Source of the DNA: Octopus vulgaris
Taxonomy: Eukaryota
Assembly: GCA_951406725.2 (NCBI GenBank)
Contig: OX597818.1
Span: forward strand, 40,486,001 to 40,550,000
Length of the DNA stretch: 64,000 bases
Reading direction: 5' to 3'
Positions 39,681 to 52,832 of this stretch are shown one piece after another; the stretch's first letter is position 1, and each line of letters starts with the position of its first letter. A model generated the notes under the pieces. That model was not told the origin of the DNA. It did not search any database and worked only from the letters and a program-made list of their open reading frames with translations. The position numbers were made by a program, and so were the translations under genes.

Positions 39681-41956
39681 GTCTATTCTGTCTATTCTTC
39701 CAACCCAACGCTCTTGCAAGTTGAAATACTAAGAATTGTAAAATAGTAAGAATGAGAATAACTACCATTACGAAAATTAAAGGTAGTCTATGGATTTTAA
39801 ATTTTTCCAAAGAAATACTTTTACGAACCACTATTGATAATGGTGGTTCGTTATAGTGCATGGATTCTAGCCCGTGTGCTGCAAGAAGGTGGAACGAAAA
39901 GCGTTCCATGGACACACAGGTGGTGGAGGCGCGACGTGGATTTTGACGGATCAGGACAAACGTGAGCCACTCGGTTCGAAGCACATCTTTCCGGATTTCA
40001 AGCATTATTTTACTCAACCGTTCGGAGTAAGTGATGGTCAGAGACAATCACGGATGGTTCGTATATCACGGCTCTCGTTAGAAAAGGCAAGGCACTGCAA
40101 AGCATTAAACTCTTTAATGCGCAGGTTATCTTTTCATCCTTCCATCATTTTCTCTCCATCTCTGCTCTCTTTTGGTTGAGTTTTAAAACTACAACGTCTA
40201 ATATCATGCCTGCTAAATAATAGTTTGGTGTTACTATTCTCGCTCGAACATGTTTTTAAATTGTGATTTGACTTTATATAATTTTGTAATGTCGTATTAA
40301 ACCTCTTATATTTCAATATGCTGGGTGCGGGGAGAACGCAATTTTATTGCAAACAAAGCAAAATATCTAATCAAAAATTCCCGTCGTTGGGCCTAGTGTT
40401 TTGGTTCATTTCACGCATGTCACGTGGGTAGAGAAAAGAGAATATTTTAGCTTGATTTCACTTATATAGTGGTCGGGCTTACTCAAAACTCTCAGATGAA
40501 TTGTAAAACTTTTACCACAAATTAAGCGGACGAAAATTACGCTTAAATGGAAAAAGTAAACCTTCGAATTATTTTCGTATAAATAACTATTAATTCTCTA
40601 TTGTTATCATTGTTTATGTAAAACTAAATCATCCTGTGTATCTTTCCTTTTTAGAATATTGTAAGTAATTTGAGGATTATTTGGCTGCTATTTATTGTAT
40701 ATCTTGACGACCAATTAAAGCTGAACAGTGACCATATATATTAGCTAGTATGTTTTAAAATTTACAGCACATCCTACTGTTTCTAGTAGATATTGCATTC
40801 ATTTTAACAGAACATAAACGTTCTCTGTTTTACGCCTGCTTACATTTAATAAGTTATTGGTTCTCTTGATTCTAGATTCTAGATTCTACGCAAATATTGT
40901 TGAAATGGTGTTGCTTTCCTTCTCGTTTTACTTTCCACAAAATCGTGTACAATAATTATGATGAAACCAAGCCTTCGACTTTCATTTTGTTGTCCATTTA
41001 TCTCGAGTTACCATTGCTCCTAAACGACTGGCCAAATCATTCTACTGCGCATACCTCTGTCGAATTAGAACATTATAACATAACAATACACAAAATAAAC
41101 AGCTACATGAACAGATGTACCTAGAAGAAATGCAAGCATATATAGAATGAGATTTCGAGCAAATATCAATTTCTATTTGCGTTAATCCTTCCACATAGCC
41201 GGTTAAATGTCCTTCTCTTGTTCTTTCACGTTAAACTAAGAAGCTTCCAATTAATTCTCCCCATTAGTAATGTATTTGAGCTACAGAGAACAATGGGTTA
41301 ATTCTCTGGATTTTTCTTAGCACATCAAAGATCTACCGAAGCTATTATTTGCAATTGCATTTCATATGAAAATTATTTGAAAATATATAACGAAGATCTG
41401 AAAGCGGTAACATCAAACAGCTCCGAAGAAAATAAATTCCATTTATGTCTCCTAGAATATTTCTGGTAACAGAAATTATTTATTTCATCTTCCTATAAAA
41501 AAAAAAAAACAACGAAATAGTGGAAATAGCGGACGAACGTTATAAGTCGATTTTGTCAAGCTTTGAACTTGGAAGAAGTAATTTGAGAAAAAAAATCCTA
41601 TGAGTATAAACGAAATTCATCGAGGAAAGCATCTTTAAATTCGCAAAGGTTTAAATATGCATCGAATACATAAAGATAAATAAGCTGGAAAAATACTCGA
41701 AATGAAATGTGGAACATACACGTGTCGTTATGCATACCAAGTAGTCGTAGATAAATACAACGCCGCCATTTTCTTCTAATATATTTCTGGAATCATTTGT
41801 CAGTGGACGCTAACCATGGATTTCTTTCCCGTTTTCCTTTTTTCTTCTTTCTCTTTTCCGTGTTTATGTTTCTTTAAAGAGTTTCTCTGACAATAGCTAA
41901 TTTGCTGCAAACACATCTTCTTAGCTTACGTTTTCTTGCTCTCTTCTTAGTGTTTA

Positions 41957-41998
<42 letters not shown>

Positions 41999-42093
41999 CA
42001 TGTATATATAGCATATGTGTGTGTAGAATACATGAGTTTGTGTATGTATGTGCAAGTGTATTTTCATGTGCATGTAATTATATATATATATAA

Positions 42094-42138
<45 letters not shown>

Positions 42139-43079
42139 TGTGTGTGTGTTATCATGCTGGCATGTATGTATGCATATATATATATATATATCAATGTATG
42201 TATATACAAATATACAATCTAGATTTAAAAAATGCAGATATCCAGCGGAGCGTTCGAGATAAATATATTTTTTATAAGTATATACTTAGATTTTAAATGA
42301 TATATGTAATATATAATCCTTCACTCACCCTGCTCATACACAACATACATACATACATACATACATAATACATAATACATACATACGTACACAAATACAT
42401 ATATACATACGTATATATATTTATAATGATAATCATAGTGCGGTTTTTTAAAGAAACTCTACATGCAATATATTTTGCTGGAAGCGTAGTTTCAGCTCTG
42501 AATATTGATAATGAAGATACTACTGCCGTTTACTTTAGATTTGATGCTTGTCAGTGCTTAACCAACTGATGGGAATATATATATATTTGTGTGTGTTTGT
42601 GTGTAGTGTGTGTGTGTCTGTGAATGTGTATATATATATATATGTATAAGCAGAGAACACGGTGGGAAAAGGGTATGGCTATCAAACATCAATTAGAATG
42701 AGCATACGCAACAACTAAAAGATGTAGTTAAATTAGGATAGCATTGCAAATGCTGAAGGTGTTTTACTCCTGCTGGGGATCAGATCGTGATTGACAATAA
42801 TAACAAGCACAACAGCAACAACGACGATAGCCAAGACGACGTCATTGACATCAAAACTGCTAATAACAAGAATCCGAACTTACGTTGGTTTTAATAGAAA
42901 ATGAAAAAACGAAATATAAAAAATGTCTTGTGGACGTTGCAGTAATCTGACTTCTTGTTTCAAATCCGATATTTTCCTTCTCGTTCTTTCTGATTTCCAG
43001 TCTGTCAGAAACGGCGACATTAAAATTATAATATACGCCATATTGTTGGCATAAAAGACGTACTGGTATATTAGATGCA

Positions 43080-43503
43080 AAGGCGGCGAGCTGGCAGAAA
43101 CGTTAGCACGCCGGGCGAAATGCGTAGCCGTATTTCGTCTGTCGTTAACGTTCTGAGTTCAAATTCCGCCGAGGTCGACTTTGCCTTTCATCCTTTCGGG
43201 GTCGATAAATTAAGTACCAGTTACGTACTGGGGTCGATGTAATCGACCTAATACCTATGTTTGTCCTTGTTTGTCCCCTCTGTCTTTAGCCCCTTGTGGG
43301 TAATAAAGAAATAGAAATAGGTATTTCGTCTGCCGTTACGTTGTGAGTTCAAAATCCGCCGAGGTCGGCTTTGCTTTTCATCCTTTCGGGGTCGATAAAT
43401 TAAGTACCAGTTACGCACTGGGATCGATGTAATCGAATTAATCCGTGTGTCTGTCCTTGTTTGTCCTCTCTGTGTTTAGCCCCTTGTGGGTAGTAAAGAA
43501 ATA
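43080..43503 (+). mobile_element. SINE family C1, head + two units
   Basis: TSD ggtatatta(g/a)atgca at 43065 and 43504. Confidence 0.94.
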
Positions 43504-44074
43504 GGTATATTAAATGCATTTCAATTTCAGTAGCGCAAATTCAGGAAAGAGCATTTTTGAGCATTAAAGTATATAGGAGGTGGGGTTACTTCTCAGACAG
43601 GATTCAGGGTGATTTTATGAGACATCCTTATTAAATAAAAAAAGGAAAAAATTTAAATGCCATCAAATACGGTATATAATACAAAACAAAAGCATAACGT
43701 GGCTAAGACAATTGTAGATACTAAGACAAAGACCTTACATATGATGATAATTGGATATTCATTGGGTTGGGTATTTTAGACCAGTGGTCTTAGGCGGCAC
43801 GTCGAAAGGAATATCTAGGTACTCCATAGAGTAAAAACTACACAGAATTTAAGGCTTTATTATATAATATTTTTATTATATAATATTTAAATTAAAAACT
43901 TAAAATTTTAAACTTTAAATTAGGGTATATTTTTAACATTGCATGCAAGCTGCACCAGGAATACATTCTTTAACCACCAGTGAGTCCGAAGTAACATATA
44001 ATGACACCCTGTTTAAGGGTGTTGTTCATCCTTAATGACCCTGAATTTATGTTTGGTAATAAAAGAACTAGACG

Positions 44075-44270
44075 TTTAGCTGGCAGAATCGTTAGTACGT
44101 CGGACAAAATACTTAACGGTATTTATTTCGGCTCTTTAAGTTCTGATTTAAAATACAAAGGTCGACTTTGTTTTTTATTCCTTCGAGATCAAAGCAATAA
44201 AGTCCCAGTCAACTAGTGGGGTCGATGTAATCGACTTGTCCCCCATGCTCAGAAAAATGCTGATTTTTGA
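44075..44270 (+). mobile_element. SINE family C2, old copy
   Basis: agctggcagaatcgttagtacgtcggacaaaatactt...ggggtcgatgtaatcgact. Confidence 0.75.
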
Positions 44271-44613
44271 ATCCTACAATAGCAGGTGTCCCTTGCAGAT
44301 GTTGTAATGTCTATCTCTTATACACTATGGTAACCGTGTAACTAGGTTTATGAGCCTTGGTAATCAAGACAAATATATAATAATGAAGATAAAATTACTA
44401 AGGGTATAAAGATAGGTATTGAGTACCTCTGCCTGGTAGAGTAAACCTATTGTTAATGTTGACTATTTTCCTCAGTCGTGATGTTTCGTAAGTTCATCAG
44501 ATAGCATATCAAAGAAGCATATAAGTCAATTGATAAAATCTCTGCGATACGAACATTCAAAGAATGGAAAAGGAGGCAACATCATTACACATGCGCGCAC
44601 AGACATTTACACG

Positions 44614-44667
<54 letters not shown>

Positions 44668-45169
44668 TACACACACATGCACGCACGCATACTCACATGC
44701 ACAAACATATACACAAAAAGAAACTATGTCTCTGCGCCTAGGTGTTTGACCTACCAATACCACATCGCAACTACCTGACACATATCCGCATACCATACCT
44801 CTGCGTTCTATGTCACTTTATGTCATCATACTATTCAAACTTCCGCCAGTTTCACGTCTGCTACTTCTGCCATTGCATGTGCTTCACTTCGAACCTCTTT
44901 TGTGCATTACCCACTTTGTTTCATCTACAATTAAAACTCAATGCCTATTTCCTCCAATAATTTCATTCATTGTTGCATTGAAGGTCTTCAGCCCTCAAGC
45001 CATCCCATATTCCAAACTGAAGCCGATCTCCTTTCTACTTGCCAAAAACAGATCCAAAAGATGCTATAAAATTTTCGTTCGTTCCACTTAAAAATCCCAA
45101 CAAAAAACTTGGTATTACTGATAGCAGAATAAAAATAAAAAAGATATTTAACTTCCCCAGAATCATTAT

Positions 45170-46010
45170 CAGAATCATTAGGGGTTTGGATAAATTGCTG
45201 TGCATTCTGATCTTGCCGTGGTCAACTTCAGCTTTTAGCCCTCCGGGGCGTTATGAAATACAGTACCTTTTAGGCGCTGGTGTCGATGTCATTGGCTAAA
45301 TCTCTCTCCCACCTCAAAAAGTGCTGGCCTTCTACCTAAATTAAGGATATTTATGAATGTTATCATTATATTTAAGGCGGCAAGATGGAAGAATCGTTAG
45401 CATACCTGACAAAATGCTTAGCAGCATTTCATCCGTCTTTACGTTCTGATTTCAAATTCCGCTGAGGTTGATTTTGCCTTTCGTCCCCCCGGGGCCGATG
45501 GAAATGTGTCAGTTGAGCACTGGGATCGATGTAATCAACTAACCCCTCCCCCCAAATTTTCAGTTCTTCTGCCTATAGTAAAAAGCATTATTATTTACTA
45601 CTCTAGGCACAAGGCCCGAAATTTGGGGGGAGGGGTCCAGTCGATTAGATCGACCCCAGTACGCAACTGGTATTTAATTTATCGATCCCGAAAGGATGAA
45701 AGGCAAAGTCGACCCCGGCGTAATTTAAACTCAGAACGTAAAGACAGACGAAATACCGCTAAGCATAGTAAAAAGCATTATTATTATTATTAAGGCGGTG
45801 AGCTGGCAGAATCATTAGCACGCCGGGAAAACTACTTAGTGGCATTTCATCGGTCTTTACGTTGTGAGTTCAAATTCTACTGAGGTTGATTTTGCCTTTT
45901 ATTTTTTTCTGGGATCGATGAAATGAGTACGAATTGAACAATGGGGTGGATGTAATATACTAGCCCCTCCCTCAAAATTTCAGGCCTTGTGCTTATAACA
46001 GAAAGGATTA
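45170..46010. mobile_element. Cluster of four C2 SINEs (+ old, +, -, +)
   Basis: Copies at ~45170-45350, 45373-45595, 45596-45764(-) and 45792-46010. The 21-bp TSD atagtaaaaagcattattatt flanks the inverted copy. Confidence 0.88.
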
Positions 46011-46745
46011 TGAATATATTTATGGTTAATAAAAGCTCTTTCATATGACAATAATCTAGTGCTATTGTTGATTATTTCAGTTAGGTCCACGGTCTTTGCT
46101 GTTGTTTCTGTTGACGATGTTGATGATGTTCTTGGTGCTATTACCGCTGTTGCTGCTGCAGCTGTTGTTACTGTTGTGTTGTTGTTGTAACAACTCATGC
46201 TGACTTTTCCGTATTTTTAATTAATCCTTTTATTTGATGCCATTCTTCCAATACCATTTCTTTTTCTTTAACTTGTATTGCCCAAAGAAAAATCGAATCA
46301 TGCATATTGGAGTAAAGTGAAGAACATTAGAAAGAAAAATACTGAAATATTTCAGAGATTTGAGCAGAAAGAAAAACAAACCAAAAAAAAAAAGACTAGT
46401 ATTCCCAGACCTATGGAACTCTATTTCCTTCGGTATTCTCTTGAAATTCGCAAACCTTTAATTCTTCATGTCTTTTATTAAGAACATTAAAACTGATAGT
46501 AATATCGGAGGCGATAGCGATGGTACTACAAATGATAACGTTAGCGGTGATATTGGTGGTGATGGTGGTGGTTGCGATAATGGTAGGGATGGCGGTTGTG
46601 TGCACAATACAAAACTTTAGAAATAATGCACCATATTCTATGAATTATGATATTGTACATCACACTGCTATACTAATTGCACGGTTAGTGTTTCGTATCC
46701 TGTGTTCGGTTCTGTTCTATTTTACTTTCAGCTTTCGCAGCTGTA

Positions 46746-46794
<49 letters not shown>

Positions 46795-46797
<3 letters not shown>

Positions 46798-46982
46798 GTT
46801 AGCCACTACACATATCTTTTTCTCTCCTTGTTTCTCTCCTTGTTTTTTTCTGTGTCCCTTTCTGTAGAAGAGCATAGGCTCGAAACGTAAAAGACGTTTT
46901 CTATTCCTGAGCGTTATACGAAAACATCTGTTTGTTTTGTACACCACCTGTCTTCGTCTTTTGGTTTTTTCGTAAACTCTCC

Positions 46983-46986
<4 letters not shown>
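46795..46986 (+). mobile_element. Penelope-like pseudo-LTR insert in (TA)n with degenerate hammerhead
   Basis: Bounded by (TA)n on both sides. cttt-CTGTAGA-a-gagc(atag)gctc-GAAAC-GTA-aaag at 46858-46893. Confidence 0.7.
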
Positions 46987-47040
<54 letters not shown>

Positions 47041-47041
<1 letters not shown>

Positions 47042-47353
47042 ACACTCCATCAGTTACGAGACAAGGATTCCGGCTGATCCAATCAACAGAACAGCCTGCT
47101 CGTGAAATTAAAGTGTAAGTGGCTGAGTACTCCACAGATGTGCGTAACATTAAGGTAGTTTGCAGGGACATTCAATGTGACTCAGGATGTAACAAGGCTG
47201 GCATTTTTAAATACAAGTGCAACTCGCTTTTGCCAGCTTAGTAGACTGGAGCAGCGTAAAATAAAGTGTGTTGCTCAAGGACGCAGCGTGCTGCCAGGAA
47301 TCGAACTGACGATCTTTCGATCGTGAGCCGAATACCCTAACCACTAAACCACG
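47041..47353 (-). mobile_element. SINE family B2 with tail X
   Basis: Reverse complement of the 26513 copy. Confidence 0.88.
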
Positions 47354-48074
47354 TAGTTTACAAATAATTCATTCATTCACAAAAATACTTTGTACTATGT
47401 TGGTCTATCCGAGTTATTGCCATTTATGCCAAGGTGGACTTTGGCGTTCGTTCCTTATAAGGCCGTTAACATAAGACCCAAGTAAATAATACAGGGTTAA
47501 ACAACTAAAACACATCAACTTTTATTAAATCAGTCTACGAACATTACTTTTTACGTACTTGTAACATCCGTAGACCTTTTACACAAAGTCTTTACATAAT
47601 GAAATTGTGTGTACGATTGTGTGTGTGTATGTATGTGTGTATTACCCAGGGATTTTGTTTCAGTAGTATCAATAATTACTATCTATATTCCCTTTTATTA
47701 GTTGAATATAAACATTTCTTTCATCTTAGAGTCTTTGAACCTTTTCGTAAAACTCTTCTACGCTCAAAAGTTCTGTAGCGGAGTTCCGTGTATCGTGGTT
47801 TCTGCTGAATCCGCTTTCAAAAAACAGAATTTGTTCACCTCTTTGCCTCACTCTCCTGAATATAGCATAGACATAGATAAACACGTATCTCCAAATGTGT
47901 TCGGACCATTATAAGGTAGTGTTTATTTATTGAATTTATGAGTGTAAACGCACCTATTCCTAGCGTTATTTAGATTTTAGCAAGTAAGATGTATACACAC
48001 GCACGTACACACACACGTGAGTTGTAACGGAAATATTGAAAAATTCGACATAACTTATTAATTGATATAGGTCA

Positions 48075-48307
48075 CTAAAAGGCATCACAACCACCTGTGC
48101 GCGACATGGTGATCTCATACCAAAATTAACAGCAGATAACCTTGCAGGTGGAGCCCAGTTAAAATTTTATTCAGGTCAAGTGGGCCATCCCGTTCAAAAG
48201 GTCCCTGAATAAGGGTTGTTTAAGGATTTTGAACACTCGTGTTTCTTGAGATGAAATATCCAAACCCCAAAGAACTCCTCTCAGCACATGACTATGATGC
48301 TCCCACT
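48075..48307 (-). mobile_element. LINE 3'-region fragment (same sequence as 35860-36110)
   Basis: gtgcgcgacatggtgatctcata...gcaggtggagcccagtta...ctgaataagggttgtttaagga. Orientation inferred from the (TAA)n tail at 36110. Confidence 0.7.
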
Positions 48308-49255
48308 ATTATTATTGTTGTTATTATTATTCTATGTTTGACTTTTGCTTTACATTTGTACAAGTTGGCTCCAAGTCTCACCCAGAGACCTCAAGAGACA
48401 ACAAGTTGGAAGTTCATGTTGGTGTTATGCCTAGGGTGCCATATATTTGGTTTTGTACTTAGTGTTGTACTAGTAAGTGTCTAAAAAACCATACGAAAAT
48501 TGTTTGTTTTAAAACTTGAGATTACATAGAAAGTATTTTGCGTAGGATATGAGCAGTTCCTATGAGCACTATCTTTTGAATTTCTGCGATTTTTGGGTTT
48601 CCTAGTATCTGAGTTAGGTAGCAATCAACCCCTTTTACTATCATTCCCAGGGCACCTATGACAACATGTATTGTTTTAGTCTTCAGGTTCCACATTTTGC
48701 TGATTTCTATTTCAAGATCTTTATATTTGCTCAGTTTTTGGTAGGTCTTGACATATACTTTTATATCGATTGGGACAGTCATATCAATGAGGAGGCATGT
48801 TTTCGTCTGAAGTCTTTCAATATGATGTCTGGCCTATTTGCATCTATCTTTCTGTCAGTTGGAATGGTGAAGTTCCAGAGGAGTGAGATGTGATCATTTT
48901 CAAGCACTGGATGTGATTTGTGTTCCCACCAGATTTTATCATGGGGCAAGTCCAGGCTTTTGCAAATTACCCAGTGAATATATTGTGCAGCTCTATCATA
49001 CCTGTTGAGATACTCTGCAGGGGCAAGAAGACTGCACTTGGAGACATGTCAATGGTTTCATTTTGTTGTTGACATACACCACATGTTGGGCTTCTGCCGT
49101 TCTTTAATATGTTGGCTTGGTAGTTCCTTGTAGGTAGGCATTGATCTTGAGCTGCTATGATAAACCCTTCTGTTTCAGATTTTAAGCCAAAGGCCATTAG
49201 CTATTGATGGGTCGGGGCTTTGTCAACATCTGCATTATTCGCTCTCTTTGGGTAT
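48308..49255 (-). pseudogene. Dong/R4-clade LINE 3' fragment: CCHC finger and restriction-like endonuclease, 3' UTR, (TAA)n tail
   Basis: LKSETEGFIIAAQDQCLPTRNY...C..C....ETID, NRPDII, IDMTVP and KLSKYKDLEIEISKMW...VVIGALG...QKIVLIGTAHILRK. Stops and frameshifts present. Confidence 0.9.
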
Positions 49256-49262
49256 TTTATTA

Positions 49263-49372
49263 TTAAGGGTTGTTTAAGGATGTTGAACGAAACGCCCATG
49301 TTTCCAAAGGTGAATTATTCAAACCCCAAAGAATCCCTCTCAACACATGGCTATGATGCTCCCCCACTACTA
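49263..49372 (-). mobile_element. Second copy of the 48210-48307 segment
   Basis: taagggttgtttaaggat...ctatgatgctcccccactac. Confidence 0.75.
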
Positions 49373-49672
49373 TTAAAAGCCGAGTATACAAATACATGCT
49401 TATTTTCAAACAGCATAACAATGAAACTACTACAATACATTAACGTGTGTCATGCAAAAATAAGCATTAGTCACTCCAAGTTGGATGGTCTATATTGGAT
49501 AGGCACTTAGTAATAGTTCAAAATGCTCCAATTTATGTTTAAGCGAAAAATTCCTCGTAAATACACGCATATGAGAGAGAGAGAAAGAGAGGGATATATA
49601 TATATGTATGTATACATATACGTTTGTAAGTGTATATATATGCATCTCTCTCTCTCTAATATATATATATGT

Positions 49673-49704
<32 letters not shown>

Positions 49705-49858
49705 CTGCTTGCATGTGTGCGCGCATATGCGTATGTATTATTGTGTGAGCGTGTGTACACGCACATGCACAAATATATATATATATATATATAGTGAAGA
49801 CGAAAGGAGAGTGAAACAAATAGGCAAAATGATTGCAGAGTAATTAGCTAGATAGTTG

Positions 49859-49921
<63 letters not shown>

Positions 49922-50637
49922 AGGAGAAAAAACAGACAGAGAAAGAATATACGATACGGCTAGAAAGTGGTAAGTGATAAAGAAAAGCGTATTAGTTAGA
50001 GTGGAGGGGTAGATTGAGGTTTGACAGCGAGGAAGAAGTGCAATGAATACTGGACATCGTATAGTGATATTTTATCCTCAATCCAAATACGAAAAACGCA
50101 TTAAAAAGAAATAAATTTCTACGCAGTCAACTCGTCATCGTCACAAGGTTATCAATGTTTAACTCCATGTTGATCCCATCCTATCCATTCGTATTATTTT
50201 TGCATCTTTAAATTCTACGAAACTGTATGTCATGAGATAGTAATTAATCTTGTTGAATGGAAGAGTATAGTTTTAAAAAAATACAGAAAAAGAAGGAAAT
50301 ATTACAAACACTGTGGATTCCTACACGATGTTTATGTAAACTCAGTAAGTCTTTCTGTAATGGCTATTTCAGTTCAAGAGAATATGCGTCCGGCAGTTTG
50401 ACGATTGGGGCTTTTGTTTCTTTTTAGAACAACCGTAAGCAAAGCTACGTCAAGTGGCGTCTTTTCTAATTGTCAATAACTTATATATCATAGGGTATCT
50501 GAAAACCAACAAATAAGTCCATATACCACAGTGTATAAATGTTAATTATATGAACCATCAAGAAGCTTACGCGTAGTTTCTCGATCTCTAAGAAATAGCA
50601 GCCAAAGCTCCCTCAACTCAAGACCTTTCTTTCTTAA

Positions 50638-51479
50638 CCCCTAAATGGATTACCCCGAGCTTACTCGTGCATAGCAAATGTATCTTTTTATGACCAGACG
50701 AGTATACTCGGTCAAAATTAACTTTTAATTTTAGCACTGAAACGATTTTATTTGTTTTGTGTCGTTTCATTTTTGAGCAATCATGAATTTACTCATGTTG
50801 TTTAAAAAAATAAGTATTTTTTTCATTTGATGGATTTGGCTATCTGGAATGCTTATGTTTTGCATAAAGCATCTTTAGAAACCTCAGCTTCTGCTATGAA
50901 ACTGCTGAAATTTAGAATGCAAATAATCACCAAGATTATTATAAAATATTGGCCCTCTTTGCCTCCCACGAAACCAGAAAGACCATCACCGATCCCACAT
51001 CCAACACGATTTGCCCCAGTTGGTCACTTGCCCATGGAAATACCACCAAGTGATAAGAAAAAGAACCCTACAAGACAGTGTGCAAAATGCACAGAGAAGA
51101 GAGACGCTAAAGGAAAGAAGATTCAAAGAGAAAGCAGATACATGTGTGAAGTCTGCAAGATAACTTTGTGTGTAACTCCTTGTTTTAAAAATTATCATTC
51201 TAAATAAACTGTCTATCTCATTAAAAAAAAAATTTTCCTTTGATTTAAAAGCAAGCATCTTATAAAAAATCGAAGATAGTTAAGTTATATATGTTTTTTC
51301 AATGTCCGAGTTAACTCGTTTAAATCCAAATGAATAAAAGTGCATTTTAATTTCTATAATAAAAAACAAGATAAAAAATCTTTTTTTGTAATTAACACAG
51401 TGTATATAATTAAAAAAGGAAATTTTAAAAAATACTCTGAAATCAAAGCCATGTCAAAATAATTGATCCATTAAGGGGG
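50638..51479 (+). mobile_element. Internally deleted piggyBac transposon
   Basis: TTAA|cccctaaatggat ... atccattaaggggg|TTAA (the right TTAA is best preserved in the SINE-made duplicate at 51913). Subterminal cgagNNNactcg palindromes near 50656, 50699 and 51306. Confidence 0.9.
50827..51207 (+). pseudogene. piggyBac transposase C-terminus with Cys-rich domain (PGBD4-like)
   Basis: FFHLMDLAIWNAY...LKFRMQI...H.P...CAKC...RESRYMCEVCKITLCVTPCFKNYH. The DDD catalytic core is deleted. Confidence 0.88.
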
Positions 51480-51489
51480 TTTAAAAAGA

Positions 51490-51905
51490 AAGGCGGTGAG
51501 CTGGCAGAAACGTTAGCACGCCAGGCGAAAGGCGTAGCCGTATTTCGTCTACCGCTACGTTCTGAGTTCAAATTCCGCCGAGGTCGACTTTGCTTTTCAT
51601 TCTTTCGGGGTCGATAAATTAAGTACCAGTTACGCACTGGGGTCGATGTAATCGACTTAATCCGTTTGTCTGTCCTTGTTTGTCCCCTCTATGTTTAACC
51701 GCTTGTGGGTAATAAAGAAATAGGTATTTCGTCTGCTGTTACGTTCTGAGTTCAAATTCCGCCGAGGCCGACTTTGCCTTTGATCCTTTCGGGGTCGATT
51801 AAATAAGTACCAGTTACACACTGCGGTCGATGTAATCGACTTAATCCGTTTGTCTGTCCTTGTTTGTCACCTCTATGTTTAGCCCCTTGTGGGTAGTAAA
51901 AAAAA
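51490..51905 (+). mobile_element. SINE family C1, head + two units
   Basis: TSD aagggggtt(t/a)aaaaaga at 51473 and 51906. Confidence 0.93.
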
Positions 51906-52593
51906 AAGGGGGTTAAAAAAGACAAGCTGTTCTCTCAATTGCTGCAGGATTAATAATAGATCTGCTCAAGCAGGGATGCCTGAGAGATAAACAAAAAGTA
52001 CAACGACAGTTATGCATTACGTAACGTATAACGAGAGAGAACGTATGACTTGATTCTACTGAAGCTGAGGTTAAACCAAATAAAAATGTATATCATACCT
52101 ACCCAGTTATCTATCGCTTCTTCAACACCTATCAATATTCACTAAAGCAAATATATATATTTAAAATTCTATAGTCTGTTAGACAAGCTTATCTTTTAGT
52201 CACCAATACAGAATGGTGCGTGTAAACCATTTTCTTGGGTTGTTTTTGCGCAAAATCTCCAAGATAGATCCATAACCAAATTATAGAATGCATCATAAAT
52301 GCAGACATCTGGACTATCGTGACTTTTGACCCTGTTCTTTTTGGCATACAGGAAAACATTTATGTTCATTGGTTTGAAGTTCTTAAATAGGTCATGTGTT
52401 TGACATAATTACACTATATTCCAGGTAAACAAACACCTAATGAAAAAAAGCCCAGCTTGTTGCATAACAAAGTAGCTTCTGCATGACTGGAATTGCTGCA
52501 ACTGCTCCCAGTTTGGTGTCGTAGCCTCATGGATAACAGAGGGTAACAATATGCAATAGTGAGGTCCAAAAACAACCAAGATATTCTCTTGTA

Positions 52594-52832
52594 AAGGCGG
52601 TGAGCTGGCAGAAACGTTAGCACGCCGAGCGAAATGCGTAGCCGTATTTCGTCTGCCGCTACGTTCTGAGTTCAAATTCCACCGAGGTCGACTTTGCCTT
52701 TCATCCTTTCGGGGTCGATAAAGTAAGTACTAGTTACGCACTAGGGTCGATGTAATCGACTTAACCCCTTTGTCTATCCTTGTTTGTCCCCTCTATGTTT
52801 AGCCCCTTATGGGCAATAAAGAAATAAGAAAT
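52594..52832 (+). mobile_element. SINE family C1 monomer
   Basis: Perfect 16-bp TSD aagatattctcttgta at 52578 and 52833. Confidence 0.94.
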
